A stretch of DNA of 32,000 nt, taken from NCBI RefSeq assembly GCF_000009045.1, contig NC_000964.3:3450001-3482000 (forward strand), read 5' to 3'. Shown here in pieces: positions 12,105 through 21,840 of the stretch (its first letter is position 1; the number at the start of each line of letters is the position of its first letter). Made by a program: the position numbers and the translations under genes. The notes under the pieces were generated by a model that was not told the origin of the DNA, did not search any database, and worked only from the letters and a program-made list of their open reading frames with translations. The DNA is from Bacillus subtilis subsp. subtilis str. 168. Lineage in GTDB: Bacteria > Bacillota > Bacilli > Bacillales > Bacillaceae.

Positions 12105-13250
12105 CTATGACAATGCTGCGAGCTGCTTTTCTTCTCCCCAGAGGGAGTCATACACGATGTCGACCAGACTTGCCCTCGTCACAATTCCGATCAGGCGTCG
12201 GTCTTCATCCACAACGGGAACATATTTGACACCCCGTTTTAAAATTTTGCGGACCGTGTCGCGCAGCAGTGTGCCGCCCAGTACTGTGTATATATCTTCA
12301 TGTAAAACTTCACTGACGAGATTGGCCTTTTTCCGGCATTGATCAATGATTTCAACATCGACATAGCCTTGCAGAACGCGCTCGTCATTGACGACCAGCA
12401 ATGAATCGACCCGTTCCTGCCTCATCAGCTGAATGGCCTCAGAAAGCGTTTTATCCGCGGTGATCGTTACAGGCTGTGTGTTCATAATCTGGTCAACCCG
12501 TTCAACATCCGGGCTGGATGACTGAATCAGCCGCTCCTTGCCGATAAATTCCTCAACAAATTCGTCTGCCGGATTTCTTAAAATGTCATCGGGCGTTCCA
12601 ACTTGAACGATTTCTCCCGCTTTTAAAATCACAATCCGGTCTGCCAGCTTAATCGCTTCATCCATATCGTGGGTAACAAATACGATGGTTTTATGTAAGG
12701 TTTTTTGCAGTTTTTTAAATTCTTCCTGGAGGGAATCCCTCGTAATCGGGTCGAGTGCCCCAAACGGTTCATCCATTAAGATAAGCGGCGGCTCCGCGGC
12801 AAGTGCCCGTAATACACCAATTCGCTGCTGCTGCCCCCCGCTTAATTCATGAGGGTAACGGTCTACATATTCTGGCCCCATATCGACCAATTTTAAAAGC
12901 TCACGCGCCCGCTCTTTCCGCTGCTGCTCCGGCCATTTCAGCAGTTTTGGGACGAGTGAGATATTCTGCTGAATGGTCATATGGGGAAACAGGCCGATCT
13001 GCTGAATCACATAGCCAATTTTGCGCCTGAGCTCTACAGGATCCTGGTCCATGATGTTTTCGCCGTCAATGAAAATCTTCCCGGCGGAAGGCTCAATTAA
13101 TCGGTTAATCATTTTCATTGTTGTCGTTTTTCCGCAGCCGCTCGGCCCGATAAAGCAGATAAATTCGCCTTTTGCAATCTTAAGATTTACGTTGTTCACG
13201 GCTTTTTTGCCGCCCTTGTATGTTTTCGAGACATTTTCTAATGTCAGCAA
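12105..13250 (-). CDS. opuBA: Choline ABC transporter ATP-binding protein OpuBA
   Basis: Walker [10 protein letters not shown], signature LSGGQQQR, Walker B LILMDEPF, two C-terminal CBS domains. Likely TTG start at 13250 (MLTLENVSKTYKGG..., 381 aa) behind GGAGG, versus the 386-aa ORF. Confidence 0.93.
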   Translation of the reverse strand: MLTLENVSKTYKGGKKAVNNVNLKIAKGEFICFIGPSGCGKTTTMKMINRLIEPSAGKIFIDGENIMDQDPVELRRKIGYVIQQIGLFPHMTIQQNISLVPKLLKWPEQQRKERARELLKLVDMGPEYVDRYPHELSGGQQQRIGVLRALAAEPPLILMDEPFGALDPITRDSLQEEFKKLQKTLHKTIVFVTHDMDEAIKLADRIVILKAGEIVQVGTPDDILRNPADEFVEEFIGKERLIQSSSPDVERVDQIMNTQPVTITADKTLSEAIQLMRQERVDSLLVVNDERVLQGYVDVEIIDQCRKKANLVSEVLHEDIYTVLGGTLLRDTVRKILKRGVKYVPVVDEDRRLIGIVTRASLVDIVYDSLWGEEKQLAALS

Positions 13251-13326
13251 ACATCGCACCTCCAAAATTAAGTTTATTCAATTTGTTCAGTTTAAATTTA
13301 ATTTTTCAGACAATTGAATGCTTCCC

Positions 13327-13355
13327 ATTATAGAATAAAGTTTATAAAATAAAAA
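13327..13355 (-). promoter_or_regulatory. Candidate opuB promoter
   Basis: Minus strand TTTTTA (13355..13350), 17 nt spacer, TATAAT (13332..13327). The same architecture is seen upstream of opuCA. Confidence 0.5.
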
Positions 13356-13524
13356 GTTTACAATTTGTTCATATTATTTATAAAGTATGTGTAAACGCTG
13401 ATTTACCCGCATTGACGTGTGTTGATCTCCTTATTGCTCCAATTTCCTGCCAAATTCTCTTTTGACAGCATTTTCGCCGTATCAAAAATGTGGTATATTG
13501 ACATCGGAATTGTTAGCTGAAAGG

Positions 13525-14067
13525 ATGAAACCGTTGGAGAAAGATCCGTTAACGATCATTGAACAAGCCGAGGACCATTTTATAGAAAGAATCGCGGAAA
13601 ACATGCATGCATTTGGAATGCCCTCTACCGTCGGACGAGTGCTGGGCATTATTTATATGAATCGAAAACCGATGACGCTTACGGAATTATCTGAGGCCAC
13701 CGGCATGAGTAAAACACGTATGAGCCAGGTAGTGCGGGAAATGCTTGATGCCAACATTGCCGAGAAGGTATTCGAAAAAGGCGTGCGAAAAGATTTATAT
13801 GAGGTTGAGCAGGACTACTATCAAACATTTATCACGCTGTTTTCAGCCACCTGGAGCAAAGTCGTCAGCAAAAACAAAATGATGCATAAAAAACTCAATC
13901 GGGAGCTGCTTAGCGTGTTGGATGAAGAGCTTACTCCTGAAGCGGAAGAAAAAGTGAATGAGCTGCTGAAGGAATTAAAGGAATGGCTCGATTATTATAA
14001 TTGGCTCAGCCGTTTGATTGAGTTTTTTGAGAGCGAAGACATTTTTAAATATGTGCCGAAGCCGTAA
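13525..14067 (+). CDS. yvaV: GbsR-family transcriptional regulator adjacent to opuB
   Basis: ...DPLTIIEQAEDHFIERIAENMHAFGMPSTVGRVLGIIYMNRKPMTLTELSEATGMSKTRMSQVVREMLDANIAEKVFEKGVRKDLY.... Start codon is ambiguous (see findings). Confidence 0.88.
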   Translation: MKPLEKDPLTIIEQAEDHFIERIAENMHAFGMPSTVGRVLGIIYMNRKPMTLTELSEATGMSKTRMSQVVREMLDANIAEKVFEKGVRKDLYEVEQDYYQTFITLFSATWSKVVSKNKMMHKKLNRELLSVLDEELTPEAEEKVNELLKELKEWLDYYNWLSRLIEFFESEDIFKYVPKP

Positions 14068-14100
14068 AAAGTTCCCAAATTCAATTCTGGGAACTTTTTT
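14066..14100 (+). terminator. Rho-independent terminator after yvaV
   Basis: aaaaagttccc-aaattcaattct-gggaactttttt. Confidence 0.85.
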
Positions 14101-14191
14101 AAGTCCAATCCAAATGGTTGAATATCAAACTTCAAGAAAACAAACAAAATAATGCATAATTTACATTAATTTATTAATTATCCATTTTTTG

Positions 14192-14220
14192 TTGATTATT
14201 CTGACTAGCTATTATATAAT
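14192..14220 (+). promoter_or_regulatory. Candidate sdpABC promoter
   Basis: TTGATT (14192-14197), 17 nt spacer, TATAAT (14215-14220), upstream of AGAGGAGGT at 14246-14254. Confidence 0.55.
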
Positions 14221-14288
14221 CTTTTTGAAATGATTATATTAGCTTAGAGGAGGTAATCTACATCAAAAAAAAGGGAATTATTACTGTA

Positions 14289-14765
14289 ATGACTATATGT
14301 TTCCTATTATTTTCTTCTTATTACTTTAGCAATATTTCACCTCAGAATCCACTGTTCAAAAAAAATTTTTTGCAACAATTGTCTCCCCAAGGCTTTGGCT
14401 TTTATAGTAAAAGCCCTACAGAAGAAAACATTTCATTTCACACAAAAGAAAATTTAAAGTTACCTAATGCACTTCCCAATAATTTTTTTGGGATAAAAAG
14501 AGAAGGAAGAGTTCAGGCAATAGAATTAGGCAAAATTGTAGAGAATATCGATCCAAAGAATTGGAAAACTTGTGAAAACAACAACTCCTGCACAAATTTA
14601 GAGAAACAAATAAAGCCTATTAAGGTTATAAAAAATGAAGATTATATACATCTTAGCAAAGGAGAATACCTAATATATCGCCAAAAACCACTCTCATGGT
14701 ATTGGATAGACTTTAAGCAAACTACCTCTTTTGAAAGAAAGGTGCTAAAAATAAAAATAGTATGA
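14289..14765 (+). CDS. sdpA: SdpA, required for production/maturation of the SDP toxin
   Basis: 158 aa ORF matches remembered SdpA/YvaW. A hydrophobic N-terminus is followed by an extracytoplasmic-looking domain. Translation may begin upstream at 14262 (see findings). Confidence 0.9.
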   Translation: MTICFLLFSSYYFSNISPQNPLFKKNFLQQLSPQGFGFYSKSPTEENISFHTKENLKLPNALPNNFFGIKREGRVQAIELGKIVENIDPKNWKTCENNNSCTNLEKQIKPIKVIKNEDYIHLSKGEYLIYRQKPLSWYWIDFKQTTSFERKVLKIKIV

Positions 14766-15733
14766 AGATATTAAATAGTTTAGAAGGTTATATTGACACC
14801 TATAATCCATGGAAAAATACATATGCACTTTTTAGAAGTTTACTTGGTTTCTCAACATTACTAGTACTATTATTCAATAGTACTGATATTTTATTTAGTT
14901 ATAGTGCAAATAATGTCACATGTGAAAATGTCTATATCCCTACCGCTTTTTGTTTTGCTAAAGAATATAGTATCAATTTTGAGATTATAAGATACTTAAT
15001 GATTTTTATATTAACCTTAGTGGTTATAGGGTGGAGACCTAGATTTACCGGTTTATTTCACTGGTATATTTGCTATAGTATTCAAACTTCAGCTTTAACT
15101 ATCGATGGTGGAGAGCAAATTGCAACTGTTCTTTCTTTTCTTATATTACCTGTTACATTATTAGATTCAAGGCGAAATCATTGGAATATAAAGAAAAACA
15201 ATAATGAATCTTTCACAAAGAAGACAGTATTGTTTTATATAATGACAATAATTAAAATTCAAGTTTTTATCATTTATTTAAACGCAGCTTTAGAGCGATT
15301 GAAAAATAAAGAGTGGGCAGAAGGAACAGCAATTTACTATTTCTTTTCTGATCCGGTGTTTGGATTACCTGAATATCAACTTAACTTAATGAATCCACTA
15401 CTTGAAAGCAATTTTATTGTTGTCATCACTTGGTTAGTAACTATTTTTGAGTTGTTCTTAGCAGCAAGCATAATTTCAAATATCAGAATAAAGAGAATTG
15501 CCCTTGTTTTGGGAATATTATTTCATATTGGGATAATATTCAGCATTGGTATTGTAAGTTTTGGCTTGATCATGATATCAGCATTAATTATATATCTGCA
15601 TCCTGTACAACAAAATATCACTATGAATTGGTGTTCTCCTTTATTTAAATATATATATGTAAAAGGAAAGAGAAATTTCAAAAGAATAGGAGGTGAATCA
15701 GTCAAGTTTCTTACAAAATTGTTTCATAGCTAA
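14762..15733 (+). CDS. sdpB: SdpB, multi-pass membrane protein required for SDP maturation
   Basis: 323 aa polytopic membrane protein overlapping sdpA by 4 nt (ATGA), between sdpA and sdpC. Confidence 0.92.
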   Translation: MKILNSLEGYIDTYNPWKNTYALFRSLLGFSTLLVLLFNSTDILFSYSANNVTCENVYIPTAFCFAKEYSINFEIIRYLMIFILTLVVIGWRPRFTGLFHWYICYSIQTSALTIDGGEQIATVLSFLILPVTLLDSRRNHWNIKKNNNESFTKKTVLFYIMTIIKIQVFIIYLNAALERLKNKEWAEGTAIYYFFSDPVFGLPEYQLNLMNPLLESNFIVVITWLVTIFELFLAASIISNIRIKRIALVLGILFHIGIIFSIGIVSFGLIMISALIIYLHPVQQNITMNWCSPLFKYIYVKGKRNFKRIGGESVKFLTKLFHS

Positions 15734-15775
15734 CATTTAGATAATGGAGAAATAACTTAATGGAGGTATAATAAT

Positions 15776-16387
15776 TTGAAAAGTAAATTACTTAGGCTAT
15801 TGATTGTTTCCATGGTAACGATATTGGTTTTTTCATTAGTAGGACTCTCTAAGGAGTCAAGTACATCTGCTAAAGAAAACCATACATTTTCTGGAGAAGA
15901 TTACTTTAGAGGACTTTTATTTGGACAAGGGGAAGTTGGTAAATTAATTTCAAACGATTTGGACCCTAAACTCGTAAAAGAGGCAAATAGTACAGAAGGT
16001 AAAAAGTTAGTAAATGATGTAGTCAAATTTATAAAAAAAGATCAACCACAATATATGGATGAATTGAAACAATCGATTGACAGCAAAGACCCTAAAAAAC
16101 TCATTGAAAATATGACCAAAGCAGACCAACTTATCCAAAAATATGCTAAGAAAAATGAAAACGTAAAATACTCTTCTAATAAAGTTACTCCATCTTGTGG
16201 GCTTTATGCCGTCTGTGTAGCAGCTGGATATTTATATGTTGTGGGCGTTAACGCAGTTGCATTACAAACGGCTGCCGCAGTAACAACTGCAGTGTGGAAA
16301 TACGTTGCCAAATATTCCTCTTCAGCTTCTAATAATTCTGATTTAGAAGCGGCTGCTGCAAAAACCCTAAAATTGATTCATCAATAA
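15776..16387 (+). CDS. sdpC: Pro-SdpC, precursor of the SDP killing/cannibalism toxin
   Basis: TTG start with GGAGG upstream. Signal peptide MKSKLLRLLIVSMVTILVFSLVGLSKESSTSA, and near the C-terminus CGLYAVCVAAGYLYVVGVNAVALQTAAAVTTAVWKYVAKYSS (residues 141-182 by my count). Confidence 0.96.
   Translation: MKSKLLRLLIVSMVTILVFSLVGLSKESSTSAKENHTFSGEDYFRGLLFGQGEVGKLISNDLDPKLVKEANSTEGKKLVNDVVKFIKKDQPQYMDELKQSIDSKDPKKLIENMTKADQLIQKYAKKNENVKYSSNKVTPSCGLYAVCVAAGYLYVVGVNAVALQTAAAVTTAVWKYVAKYSSSASNNSDLEAAAAKTLKLIHQ
16196..16321 (+). other. sdpC: Region encoding the mature 42-residue SDP peptide (C141-S182, two cysteines C141/C147)
   Basis: Codon count from 15776: Cys141 = TGT at 16196-16198, Cys147 downstream, Ser182 ends at 16321. 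The established mature peptide is 42 aa with one disulfide. Confidence 0.88.
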
Positions 16388-16401
16388 TCCATTATAATTG
16401 A

Positions 16402-16433
16402 GTGTCTTGCGGATTGCTCCGCAAGACACTTTT
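16402..16433. terminator. Terminator between convergent sdpC and sdpI
   Basis: gtgtcttgcgga-ttgc-tccgcaagacac followed by ttttt. Confidence 0.85.
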
Positions 16434-17057
16434 TCAACGTGAACCGTTTAATTTTTTGTAATAATGATATGAAGCTAGTGTTGAAATAACTAATGCTAGA
16501 AGAACTAGCACAATCATAATAAGAATTATATATTCTCCTGTAAAAAATGAAAGAACAGCTATTATAAAACCACACACTACAAGTACTTTAGAGGCAAAGC
16601 GATTTCCCAGTTTCCAAACAGTCTCATCTTTTAATGTCCAAGGTGTCCTCAATCCAATAAGATGGTTTTGTTCTGCTAGCTGCATAGAATTTCCACCAAT
16701 AATTAAAAAGATACCAACACCAAGCCCTATTATTAAATCAATATTCACTTCGTATCCTAAACTTATCAATAGAGTTGAGAGTTGTAAAATATATAAAAGG
16801 ATTAACATATTATTAGAAGCTAGGAAAAGCAATGCTTTATTTTTTTGTGTAGACTTAATAGTTAACATATAAAAAGTAAGATAATAAATAAGCATAACAA
16901 CAGGTATAATAAATATTGTTAAAGGTTTAGATACAATTGCAGCCGGTTTATTTCCTGACCATTGTATCGGTATTTCTTCTGGAAGGTATTGATATAATAT
17001 AATTGAAGTCAAGAAACTCAAACATACAATAATTATGGAAATTATATTTTTCTTCAT
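16434..17057 (-). CDS. sdpI: SdpI, SDP immunity protein / signal-transducing membrane protein
   Basis: 207 aa multi-TM protein: ...SFLTSIILYQYLPEEIPIQWSGNKPAAIVSKPLTIFIIP...GLRTPWTLKDETVWKLGNRFASK..., characteristic of the SdpI family. Confidence 0.95.
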   Translation of the reverse strand: MKKNIISIIIVCLSFLTSIILYQYLPEEIPIQWSGNKPAAIVSKPLTIFIIPVVMLIYYLTFYMLTIKSTQKNKALLFLASNNMLILLYILQLSTLLISLGYEVNIDLIIGLGVGIFLIIGGNSMQLAEQNHLIGLRTPWTLKDETVWKLGNRFASKVLVVCGFIIAVLSFFTGEYIILIMIVLVLLALVISTLASYHYYKKLNGSR

Positions 17058-17326
17058 AAATCGTTATCCCCTTTATTTATAAAGTTAAGCATCCAATTTA
17101 TTGAGTCTTGAAGTACTGTTGTATTTAGAGAGTAATAAATAAATTGTCCTTTGCGATGGTCACTTATGACTTCCGCTTGCTTTAAAATATTCAAGTGGTG
17201 CGAAATACTCGGTTTGCTGATATTAAAATGCTCAGCAATATCTCCCGCAGTCATATCCCCTCCTTTTAACAAATCCAAAATTTTTCTCCTTGTTGGATCT
17301 GATATAGCTTTGAAAACATTATTCAT
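17054..17326 (-). CDS. sdpR: SdpR, ArsR-family autorepressor
   Basis: MNNVFKAISDPTRRKILDLLKGGDMTAGDIAEHFNISKPSISHHLNILKQAEVISDHRKGQFIYYSLN... (90 aa). Internal Met behind AAAGGAG; overlaps sdpI by 4 nt. Confidence 0.95.
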   Translation of the reverse strand: MNNVFKAISDPTRRKILDLLKGGDMTAGDIAEHFNISKPSISHHLNILKQAEVISDHRKGQFIYYSLNTTVLQDSINWMLNFINKGDNDL

Positions 17327-17357
17327 AGCGTTTTCTCCTTTACAAAAAAACATTTAG

Positions 17358-17418
17358 ACATTTAGATATTTGTATAAATGTATTATTTTCATTATAACTT
17401 GAATTTTTTTAAAAACAA
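17358..17418 (-). promoter_or_regulatory. Candidate sdpRI promoter and overlapping operator
   Basis: Minus strand TTGTTT (17418..17413), 16 nt spacer, TATAAT (17396..17391). Inverted repeat ACATTTA-N10-TAAATGT at 17358-17381, at/after the expected start site. Confidence 0.45.
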
Positions 17419-17524
17419 CCCTCAAATTGGTTATAATATCTGATTTTTGTATTTTTTCAAATACTCGGATAATCCCAACGCTGGAAAATATGTTTAACAG
17501 ATACTAACACATGTTGTTTATTTA

Positions 17525-17565
17525 AAAAAACCACCTCTGTTGTATTTAAATAGAGGTGGTTTTTC
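17525..17565 (-). terminator. Rho-independent terminator downstream of opuCD
   Basis: aaaaaaccacctct...agaggtggttttt hairpin. Confidence 0.85.
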
Positions 17566-18235
17566 TATCAGCTATAATAAAATTTCCTTTTTTCTTTTTA
17601 ATCGGGCTTAATGCTCGTTCAAGCCAGCCCATGACCAAATCGGCAATCACCGCCATCAGAGCTGTGGGGATCGCTCCCGCTAATATAATCGCGGTTCCGT
17701 TTGTGGCGTTTGATCCTCTGACGATGATGTCCCCGAGACCGCCAGCACCGACAAATGTCCCGATGGCCGTAATGCCGATCGCAATGACAAGCGCGGTGCG
17801 CAGGCCGGCCATTATGACAGAAAGCGCAAGCGGAAGCTCGACCATCCGCAGCACTTGAAATTTTGTCATCCCCATTGCTTTTCCCGATTCAAGATAGGCG
17901 TGCTCAATACTGATAATCCCTGTATACGTATTTCTGATAATCGGCAGAAGAGAATACAGAAATAATGACAATATCACCGTATTAGCGCCCAGCCCCATGA
18001 CAAGCATCAGCACGGCGAGCATGGCGAGAGCCGGGATGGTCTGAATGACATTCGTGACCGCAAAAACCCATCCGCTTAATCTTCTGTATCTGGCTATCAG
18101 GATGCCGAGCGGAATTCCAACAATGGCGGCAAATAAAACGCCATACACCGACATCAGAAAATGGCGGTAAAATTCCTGCAGCACGTAACCGCCGTTTTGC
18201 GAATAGTATGTGCCAAGCTGCTGTAGTACTTCCAT
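17546..18235 (-). CDS. opuCD: Osmoprotectant ABC transporter permease OpuCD
   Basis: MEVLQQLGTYYSQNGGYVLQEFYRHFLMSVYGVLFAAIVGIPLGILIARYRR...; second Met preferred (229 aa) behind GAGGTGG; paralogue of OpuBD. Confidence 0.92.
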   Translation of the reverse strand: MEVLQQLGTYYSQNGGYVLQEFYRHFLMSVYGVLFAAIVGIPLGILIARYRRLSGWVFAVTNVIQTIPALAMLAVLMLVMGLGANTVILSLFLYSLLPIIRNTYTGIISIEHAYLESGKAMGMTKFQVLRMVELPLALSVIMAGLRTALVIAIGITAIGTFVGAGGLGDIIVRGSNATNGTAIILAGAIPTALMAVIADLVMGWLERALSPIKKKKGNFIIADRKTTSI

Positions 18236-18252
18236 ATGATCCACCTCTTTTC

Positions 18253-19837
<1,585 letters not shown>

Positions 19838-19859
19838 CTTAAAAGAGCTCCTCCCCTGG

Positions 19860-21002
19860 TCAGATCGTCATGAGCTGGTTTTCCTCGTCGCCCCAAATGG
19901 AATCGTATACGATATCAACGAGGCTCGCTCTTGTCACAATCCCTGCTAAATGGTTCTGTTCATCGACCACCGGAACATACTTGATCCCCTGCTTCAAAAT
20001 TTTTCGGACTGTATCGCGAAGAAGCGCCCCTTTTTGAACGGTATATATATCTGAACGGTATACATCGCCAACGATGCTCGCTTTTTTGCGGTTTTGATCA
20101 ATCATTTCCACATCAACATAGCCCTTCAGCACGTTTTGCCGGTCCACAACGAGCAGCGAGTCAACACGTTTTTCTCTCATCAGCTGAATCGCCTGAGAAA
20201 GCGTTTTGTCCGCAGATACCGTCACCGGCGTTCTGTTCATCATTTGCTCTACCCGCTCGATATCCGGTCTTGACTGAATCAGGCGCTCTTTCCCGATAAA
20301 TTCTTCAACAAACTCATTTGCCGGGTTTCGAAGAATCTCATCAGGTGTGCCGACTTGAACGATTTCTCCCGCTTTTAATATCACAATCCTGTCAGCAAGC
20401 TTAATCGCTTCATCCATATCGTGGGTTACAAACACAATCGTTTTGTTTAAGGTTCTCTGCAGTTTTTTGAATTCTTCCTGAAGGGAATCACGCGTAATCG
20501 GATCAAGCGCTCCGAACGGTTCATCCATTAAAATGAGAGGGGGTTCCGCTGCCAGGGCGCGCAGCACGCCGATTCTCTGCTGCTGTCCGCCGCTGAGCTC
20601 ATGCGGATAACGGTCTAAATACTCTGGGCCCATATCCACAAGCTTTAACAGCTCGCGCGCCCGTTCTTTCCGTTTTTCCTCAGGCCATTTCAGCAGCTTT
20701 GGTACGAGTGAGATGTTCTGCTGGATGGTCATATGGGGGAACAAACCAATCTGCTGTATCACATAGCCGATTTTTCTCCTCAGCTCAACCGGGTCCTGTT
20801 CCATAATATTTTCTCCGTCGATAAAGATCCTTCCAGACGATGGTTCTATCAGTCTGTTGATCATCTTCATCGTCGTCGTTTTTCCGCAGCCGCTCGGGCC
20901 GATAAAACAGATAAATTCACCTTTTGCAATATCTAAATCAATGCTGTTCACAGCTTTTTTGCCGCCTTTATATACTTTTGACACTTGTTCCAATTTCAGC
21001 AA
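19860..21002 (-). CDS. opuCA: Osmoprotectant ABC transporter ATP-binding protein OpuCA
   Basis: ATPase with Walker/signature motifs and CBS domains. TTG start at 21002 behind GGAGGTG gives [23 protein letters not shown]... (380 aa). Confidence 0.92.
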   Translation of the reverse strand: MLKLEQVSKVYKGGKKAVNSIDLDIAKGEFICFIGPSGCGKTTTMKMINRLIEPSSGRIFIDGENIMEQDPVELRRKIGYVIQQIGLFPHMTIQQNISLVPKLLKWPEEKRKERARELLKLVDMGPEYLDRYPHELSGGQQQRIGVLRALAAEPPLILMDEPFGALDPITRDSLQEEFKKLQRTLNKTIVFVTHDMDEAIKLADRIVILKAGEIVQVGTPDEILRNPANEFVEEFIGKERLIQSRPDIERVEQMMNRTPVTVSADKTLSQAIQLMREKRVDSLLVVDRQNVLKGYVDVEMIDQNRKKASIVGDVYRSDIYTVQKGALLRDTVRKILKQGIKYVPVVDEQNHLAGIVTRASLVDIVYDSIWGDEENQLMTI

Positions 21003-21053
21003 TCCGTGCACCTCCGCAGGTTTCCTTTAAATTTTCTGAAAAGTATAATCCTT

Positions 21054-21082
21054 ATTATAGTTTGAACTTTGTAAAATAAAAA
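21054..21082 (-). promoter_or_regulatory. Candidate opuC promoter
   Basis: Minus strand TTTTTA (21082..21077), 17 nt spacer, TATAAT (21059..21054). Confidence 0.5.
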
Positions 21083-21265
21083 GTTTACAATGTGTTGAAA
21101 TTATATGTTATTTATAGATTATTTATTGTTATGACCGAGACGGAAAGGGTGTTCTTACAATTACTCCGGATACCTCCCACTTCCTCTGCATTCAGCTATT
21201 TTCAACACCAGGAAGAAATATGATATATTGACACCATCAATTGCCATTTGAAGGGATGATCAGCT

Positions 21266-21823
21266 GTGAAAAAAACCGCTCTCGACATCATTGAACATGC
21301 TGAAGAGCATCTCATTGAGAAGATTGCCGAAAATATGCATACGTTTGGAATGCCTTCAACTGTCGGACGTGTGCTCGGAATTATTTATATGAATCGAAAA
21401 CCAATGACCTTAAGCGAGCTCTCTGAGGCAACGGGCATGAGCAAAACACGGATGAGCCAGGTTGTCCGGGAAATGATCGATGCCAATATCGCCGAAAAGG
21501 TGTTTGAAAAAGGCGTACGAAAAGACCTTTATGACGTCGAGCAGGATTATTATCAAACCTTCATTTCTTTATTTGCGGCGAATTGGACAAAGGTCGTGAG
21601 CAAAAACAAAGTGCTGTATAAAAAATTAAACCGGGAGCTGAGTGATCTTTTACAAAGGGACGGGCTTACCCCGGAAGCGGAAGAGAAAGTCAATCAGCTG
21701 CTGAATGAATTAAAAGAATGGCTTCATTACTATGATTGGCTGAGCAGGTTGATTGAATTTTTTGAGAGTGAGGAAGTCTTTCGGTATGTGCCGAAAACAA
21801 AAGAATGCAGCTCTCTAAAATAA
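21266..21823 (+). CDS. yvbF: GbsR-family transcriptional regulator adjacent to opuC
   Basis: 185 aa, GTG start behind AAGGGATG; highly similar to YvaV. One member of this pair has been called OpcR in the literature; I recall it as this one but am not certain. Confidence 0.88.
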   Translation: MKKTALDIIEHAEEHLIEKIAENMHTFGMPSTVGRVLGIIYMNRKPMTLSELSEATGMSKTRMSQVVREMIDANIAEKVFEKGVRKDLYDVEQDYYQTFISLFAANWTKVVSKNKVLYKKLNRELSDLLQRDGLTPEAEEKVNQLLNELKEWLHYYDWLSRLIEFFESEEVFRYVPKTKECSSLK

Positions 21824-21837
21824 GAGAGCTGCTTTTT
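21807..21837. terminator. Terminator between convergent yvbF and yvbG, overlapping the yvbF stop codon
   Basis: gcagctctct-aaaata-agagagctgc followed by ttttt. Confidence 0.8.
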
Positions 21838-21840
21838 GCA

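Noticed and set aside
14100-17530. sdp region considered as an undescribed bacteriocin or toxin system
   Set aside because: The sequence matches the known SDP precursor, including the 42-aa mature peptide, and the SdpI/SdpR families. It is real but already described.
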